Program-made: the position numbers and the translations under genes
Shown here: positions 61,072 to 64,000 of the stretch, in pieces
Numbering within the stretch: the stretch's first letter is position 1
Layout of the letters: every line of letters starts with the position of its first letter
Assembly (NCBI RefSeq): GCF_009914755.1
Contig: NC_060939.1
DNA from: the human T2T-CHM13v2.0 reference genome, Homo sapiens
DNA: 64,000 bases
Strand: one strand, 5' to 3'
The notes under the pieces: generated by a model
What the model was told of the DNA's origin: nothing
The model's database searches: none
Seen by the model: only the letters and a program-made list of their open reading frames with translations

Positions 61072-61204
61072 CTGGCAGAAAGAGAAGAGTAATCATCGTG
61101 AAATATGCCCACAGCTTTGTTATAACCAAGACCTGTATTCCAGAGGAAAAGACTTTGCTGGAGCATTCTCTCAGCTAGAAGGAAAGAATTTGTAGACAGT
61201 TTGT

Positions 61205-61660
61205 AGTTAATCGCCCTAAACCTCAGTTTTGTTATTTGTAAAAAATGGAAATAATGATGCCTACTCAATTAAGCTTTTAATGATAAGTAAATGGGATAAT
61301 ATATAAGAACACACCTAATACAATGTAGTCACTTGAGAGGTTTCCTGGATTTAAGTCTCTAATTAAACCATGTGTTATATTAAAAGCACAGTTATATTAT
61401 TAAAAGCACAGTTGTGAGGTACATGCTTGTGGCACAAGTGAGTGAAGCGGGATGCTCATCAAAAGCAGCTGTCAAAGGCCATCTTCAAACATGACATCCT
61501 GAGATGACTTCAGAAGATTCAAGATCACCACAAACCTGGCCCAGGGAACCATTCCACCATCAGTGGTTTTCAGGCATTTTCTCATGGTTCATTTCAACCA
61601 TTGGGAAACTTGAAGAGAGAAGATTAGTTAGTTGATAATAATAATAATTTTTACTGCTAC
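61205..61660. repeat. Local duplicate (copy B) containing a LOX-like exon remnant starting at 61608 on the minus strand
   Basis: Minus strand: cttctctcttcaag| FPMVEMNHEKMPENH*W, then VEWFPG..QDVMF, recalling ALOX5 'YRWMEWNPG..RDIQF'; internal ~20-bp tandem duplication of tattaaaagcacagtt. Confidence 0.8.
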
Positions 61661-61688
61661 TTTCTCTCTCTTCAAATTTCTATCTCAC

Positions 61689-61729
61689 CTCAGCAGGAGG
61701 CAGAAAACTACTCAACTGTGGTCATGTAT
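61689..61729 (-). pseudogene. 41-bp candidate exon upstream of the LOX-like series
   Basis: tttttatatccttcag|...GAG|gtgaga; one frame gives SSFLPPAE, similar to the 'A.LP..' linker after the PLAT domain. Confidence 0.4.
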
Positions 61730-61779
61730 CTGAAGGATATAAAAAGGAAATACTGCCACCAAGAAAGAAGTAGGAGGCA

Positions 61780-64000
61780 GGGGGTAAAAGTTGTACCATC
61801 AAAAAAAAAAATAAAATAGAATTAAAAAAAGATTGTGAAGGTCAGCCTTAAGACACAAGCCAACAAAAAGACTGAGTGTTAATTGGAATAGGATGCTCCC
61901 TCTCCCCCACAATTCACAACCACAATAGGGCTTCAGTAAAATAACAGTGGTTTACAGCTGAGCAAACTGCCAGACACACACTATCTCTGAAGAGGAATAC
62001 TTAGGGAAGCCCTAAGAGGGAAGAGATAAACAAGGATACCAGGAGAATTTGAAGCCTCTAGCACCTACAGCTACAGCAAACATTAACACAACACAAGTCC
62101 TAGTCACATTAACATAACTCCTACAAGGGCTATTTACATTAGTCCCCATTACCTGAGTCCACGTGCCTGGCTTCCAATAAAAATTTGCAAAGTCTGTTAA
62201 AAGGTAAGAGAAAACACAGTCTGAAGAGAAAAGGCAAGCACCAGAGTCAGACTCAGACATGATACTGATATTAGGATAATCAGAGAAGGAATTTAAAATA
62301 CAACAATTAATATATTAAGGGCTCTAATGGAAACTGTAGACAATATGCAAGAACAGATAAGTAAAGTAAGAAGAAATAAGGAAACTTTAAGAAATAATTG
62401 AAAGGAAATTCTAGAAACAAAAAACACTATAATAGAAATAAAGAAAGCTTTCGATGAGTTCATCAATAAAATTGACAGCTTAGAAAAGAATTAGCGAACT
62501 TAAAAGTAAGTAGATATTTCCCAAACTGAAATTCAAAGAGAAAAAATAATTAAAAATAGTGTACATACATCCAAGAATTGTGGAACAACTTAATAAGTTA
62601 TAATATGCATAATTGGAATATATGAAATGAAAGAGCATGGAGCAGAATAAATATTTGAAGTAATAGTGGCTTAGAACTTTTCAAAATCAATCAATGACAG
62701 ACAGAAACCATAGATCCAGGAAGTTCAGACAACACCAAACAGGAAATATACCCAATACACACACACATATGCATGCACACATAAGTGCACACACACTCAC
62801 ACACCTGGCCATGTAATATTCTAATTTCAGAAAGCCAAAGACAAAGAGAAAATCATGAAAAAAGTTGAGGATCAGAGAAAAGAAACACCTTACCTAGAGG
62901 AACAAGAATAACAATTATAGCAGACTTGCACAACATACAAAAGTCGATTACTGTCCTATGTAACAGCAATAAATAATTAAAATTTTAATTTTTAAAATTA
63001 CCATTTACAACAGCACCAAAAATTAAAGTATTCAGGTATAAATCTAATAAAATACGGCTCTGCATTCAGACTACTTCAAAATGCTGAAGAAAGAAATCAA
63101 AGAATACCTAAATACATGGAGAGATATTCCATGTTCAGAGACTGGGATAATCTTAGGTTGTTAAGACATTGGTTCTTCCCAACTTTATTCATAGATTTAA
63201 TGCAATCCTAAACAAAATCCCAGCAAGGTGCTTTGTGGCTATCAACAAGCCAATTCTAAAGTTTATATGGAAAGGCAAAAGACTGAGAATAGCCAACACA
63301 ATACTAACAAAGTTGGAGGACTGACATCCCAAAACTTCAAGATTTACTATAAAGCTACAGTAATCCACAGAGTGTGGTACTGATGAAAGAATAGACTCAA
63401 TGGAACAGAATAGGAAGCCTGTAAACAGGCCCACACAAATTTAGTCAACTGATCATCGACAAAAGAGCAAAGGCAGTTCAATGGAGAAAGGATAGTCTTT
63501 ACAAGAAATGGTGCTAGAAAACTGGAGGTTTATGTGCAAAAATAAAATGAATTTAGACATAGATTTTACATCTTTTGCAAAAATTAATGTGAAATACATT
63601 ATAAACCTAAATGTAAAACACAAAATATACAAATTCTAAAAGAAAACATAGGGGAAAATCTAGGTGACCTTGGGTTTGGTGATGAATTTTTAGATACAAC
63701 ACCAAAAGTATGATTCATGAAAGGAAAAATGGTCAGTTGGACTTTATTAAAATTAGATACCTCTGCTGTGTGAAAGATATTGTTAAAAGAATACAAATAA
63801 AAGCCAAAGACTGAAGAAAAACATTGCAAAACACATATCTGGTGTGTTTTAGATACAATATCTAAAATATGCAAAGAACTCTTAAAACTCAATAATAAGA
63901 AAACAAACAATCCTATTTTTAAATGGGCAAAAGCTCTAAACAGACATCAATTCAAAGAAGATATCCAGATAGCAAATAAACATGTAAAAAGATGCTCAAC
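61780..64000 (+). mobile_element. Old L1M (5'UTR/ORF1 joined to ORF2 3' half), runs off the window
   Basis: ORF1 remnants (aatatttgaagtaatagtggct..aacttttcaaaat) to ~62926, then ORF2 remnants (caacatacaaaagtc..; agatttaatgcaatcc). Confidence 0.75.

Larger units (their letters stand above)
44090..61729 (-). pseudogene. Putative degraded, intron-containing lipoxygenase (ALOX-like) pseudogene
   Basis: About 13 exon-like blocks, mostly AG/GT-bounded, whose translations recall successive lipoxygenase catalytic-domain motifs in the correct order; many stops and frameshifts; manual alignment only. Confidence 0.7.

Noticed and set aside
58733-61608. Cys-containing frames initially suggesting sushi/EGF/Ig exons
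   Set aside because: Cysteine spacing did not fit those domains; the colinear lipoxygenase reading explains the blocks better.
57168-61660. Three ~2-kb-spaced repeats as a regular array (CRISPR-like or tandem triplication)
   Set aside because: Copies differ in length, the spacers are unrelated repeats and exons, and the first copy is embedded in a TSD-flanked Alu; eukaryotic DNA with no cas genes.

Overview
AT-rich, repeat-dense great-ape (most likely human) genomic DNA with no intact cellular protein-coding gene. It contains a full-length L1PA2 (24763-30837, +) with one nonsense codon in each ORF, an intact antisense ORF0 and a probable short 3' transduction. There are also many older L1, Alu, MIR, L2, CR1, MaLR/ERV LTR and Tigger/hAT copies. 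The main non-repeat signal is on the minus strand, from ~61730 down to ~44090. A colinear series of about 13 exon-like remnants, mostly bounded by AG/GT, translates (with stops and frameshifts) into motifs in the order of an animal lipoxygenase catalytic domain: H*W/VEWFPG; *QQDTELC..CQPI..KC..KIPRMFP; MFFVKS..ISITIE; ANLI*HQ..PEVFG; HYKEEA..LYSAL..SWFKLV..RGFPNSF..LHST/LN; MLSQIPSQ..ILSSFS; ..VSI. I read this as an old, intron-containing lipoxygenase pseudogene whose intron positions seem to differ from canonical mammalian ALOX genes. Other oddities are a local duplication of one of its exons, a MIR-derived fragment copied into the middle of an AluJ, an Alu/L1 tail-to-tail deletion junction and a twin-primed inverted L1. 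All family assignments and reference-protein comparisons are by eye and from memory; no searches were run.
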